NCBI RefSeq assembly: GCF_006345805.1
Contig: NW_021828979.1
Coordinates: 1 to 6,970, forward strand
Direction: 5' to 3'
Source of the DNA: Octopus sinensis
Taxonomy: Eukaryota
Length of the DNA stretch: 6,970 bases
Shown: piece after piece, positions 6,546 to 6,970 of the stretch
Position numbering within the stretch: the stretch's first letter is position 1
How the letters are laid out: every line of letters begins with the position of its first letter
Made by a program: the position numbers and the translations under genes
Notes under the pieces: model-generated
What the model saw: only the letters and a program-made list of their open reading frames with translations
Databases searched by the model: none
What the model was told of the DNA's origin: nothing

Positions 6546-6663
6546 GGCTCAAATATCAATCATAATAAACTGTTCAAATTTAAACTATTGATTTAACAAG
6601 CTTTTATTAAACAATGTCTGAGTTAACCAAACGAGAATTTCAGAGTAATTATTTGCTCATTTC

Positions 6664-6714
6664 GTTGTTTGTTTGTTTGTTTGTTTATTTGCCTATTTTG
6701 GTTGTTGTTGTTGT
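6664..6714. repeat. (GTTT)n and (GTT)n microsatellites
   Basis: Direct reading. Confidence 0.9.
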
Positions 6715-6917
6715 GTGCTTAACTTCGAAGCATGTAGAGTGAATGAGATGGACAGTCGATTGAGTGAATCAAAGATATTGGAAAATACAAATTGAAAAGA
6801 GGGATCAATAGTTCATTGATAGATTTGAATGTTTGATCAATCAGTGGTTTTTACAGAGTCAGCGAGATTTTTAATGCTGTTTACACAGCCTTCCTACATC
6901 TCTCCCATTTTCTACAG

Positions 6918-6970
6918 ACATACATACATACATACATACATACATACATACATACATACATACATACATA
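6918..6970. repeat. (ACAT)n microsatellite running off the window end
   Basis: Direct reading. Confidence 0.97.

Overview
Repeat-saturated eukaryotic (animal) non-coding DNA, probably intronic or intergenic. The SINE families look like those of an Octopus-type cephalopod genome; this is from recognition, not a database search. No intact host gene, RNA gene, CRISPR array or prokaryotic feature is supported. Contents: (i) a mariner (mellifera-subfamily-like) transposon remnant on the minus strand, with one TIR and an in-frame deletion of the catalytic core; (ii) two full-length copies and one rearranged copy of a tRNA-derived SINE with a CORE-like segment; (iii) a CpG-rich tRNA-derived SINE of a second family; (iv) three pieces of a (GAT)n-tailed retroposon and two of an (AAC)n-tailed repeat; (v) about 2.1 kb of polypyrimidine compound minisatellite and low-complexity DNA, plus many microsatellites. 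Apart from the two transposase ORFs, the ORF track is mostly microsatellite read-through, SINE or antisense sequence. I found no convincing new biological system. The best observations are mechanistic: a SINE whose 5' half is inverted with near-exact complementary breakpoints (twin-priming geometry), retroposons nested in each other's microsatellite tails with identifiable TSDs, and a transposase derivative that keeps an open DNA-binding domain.
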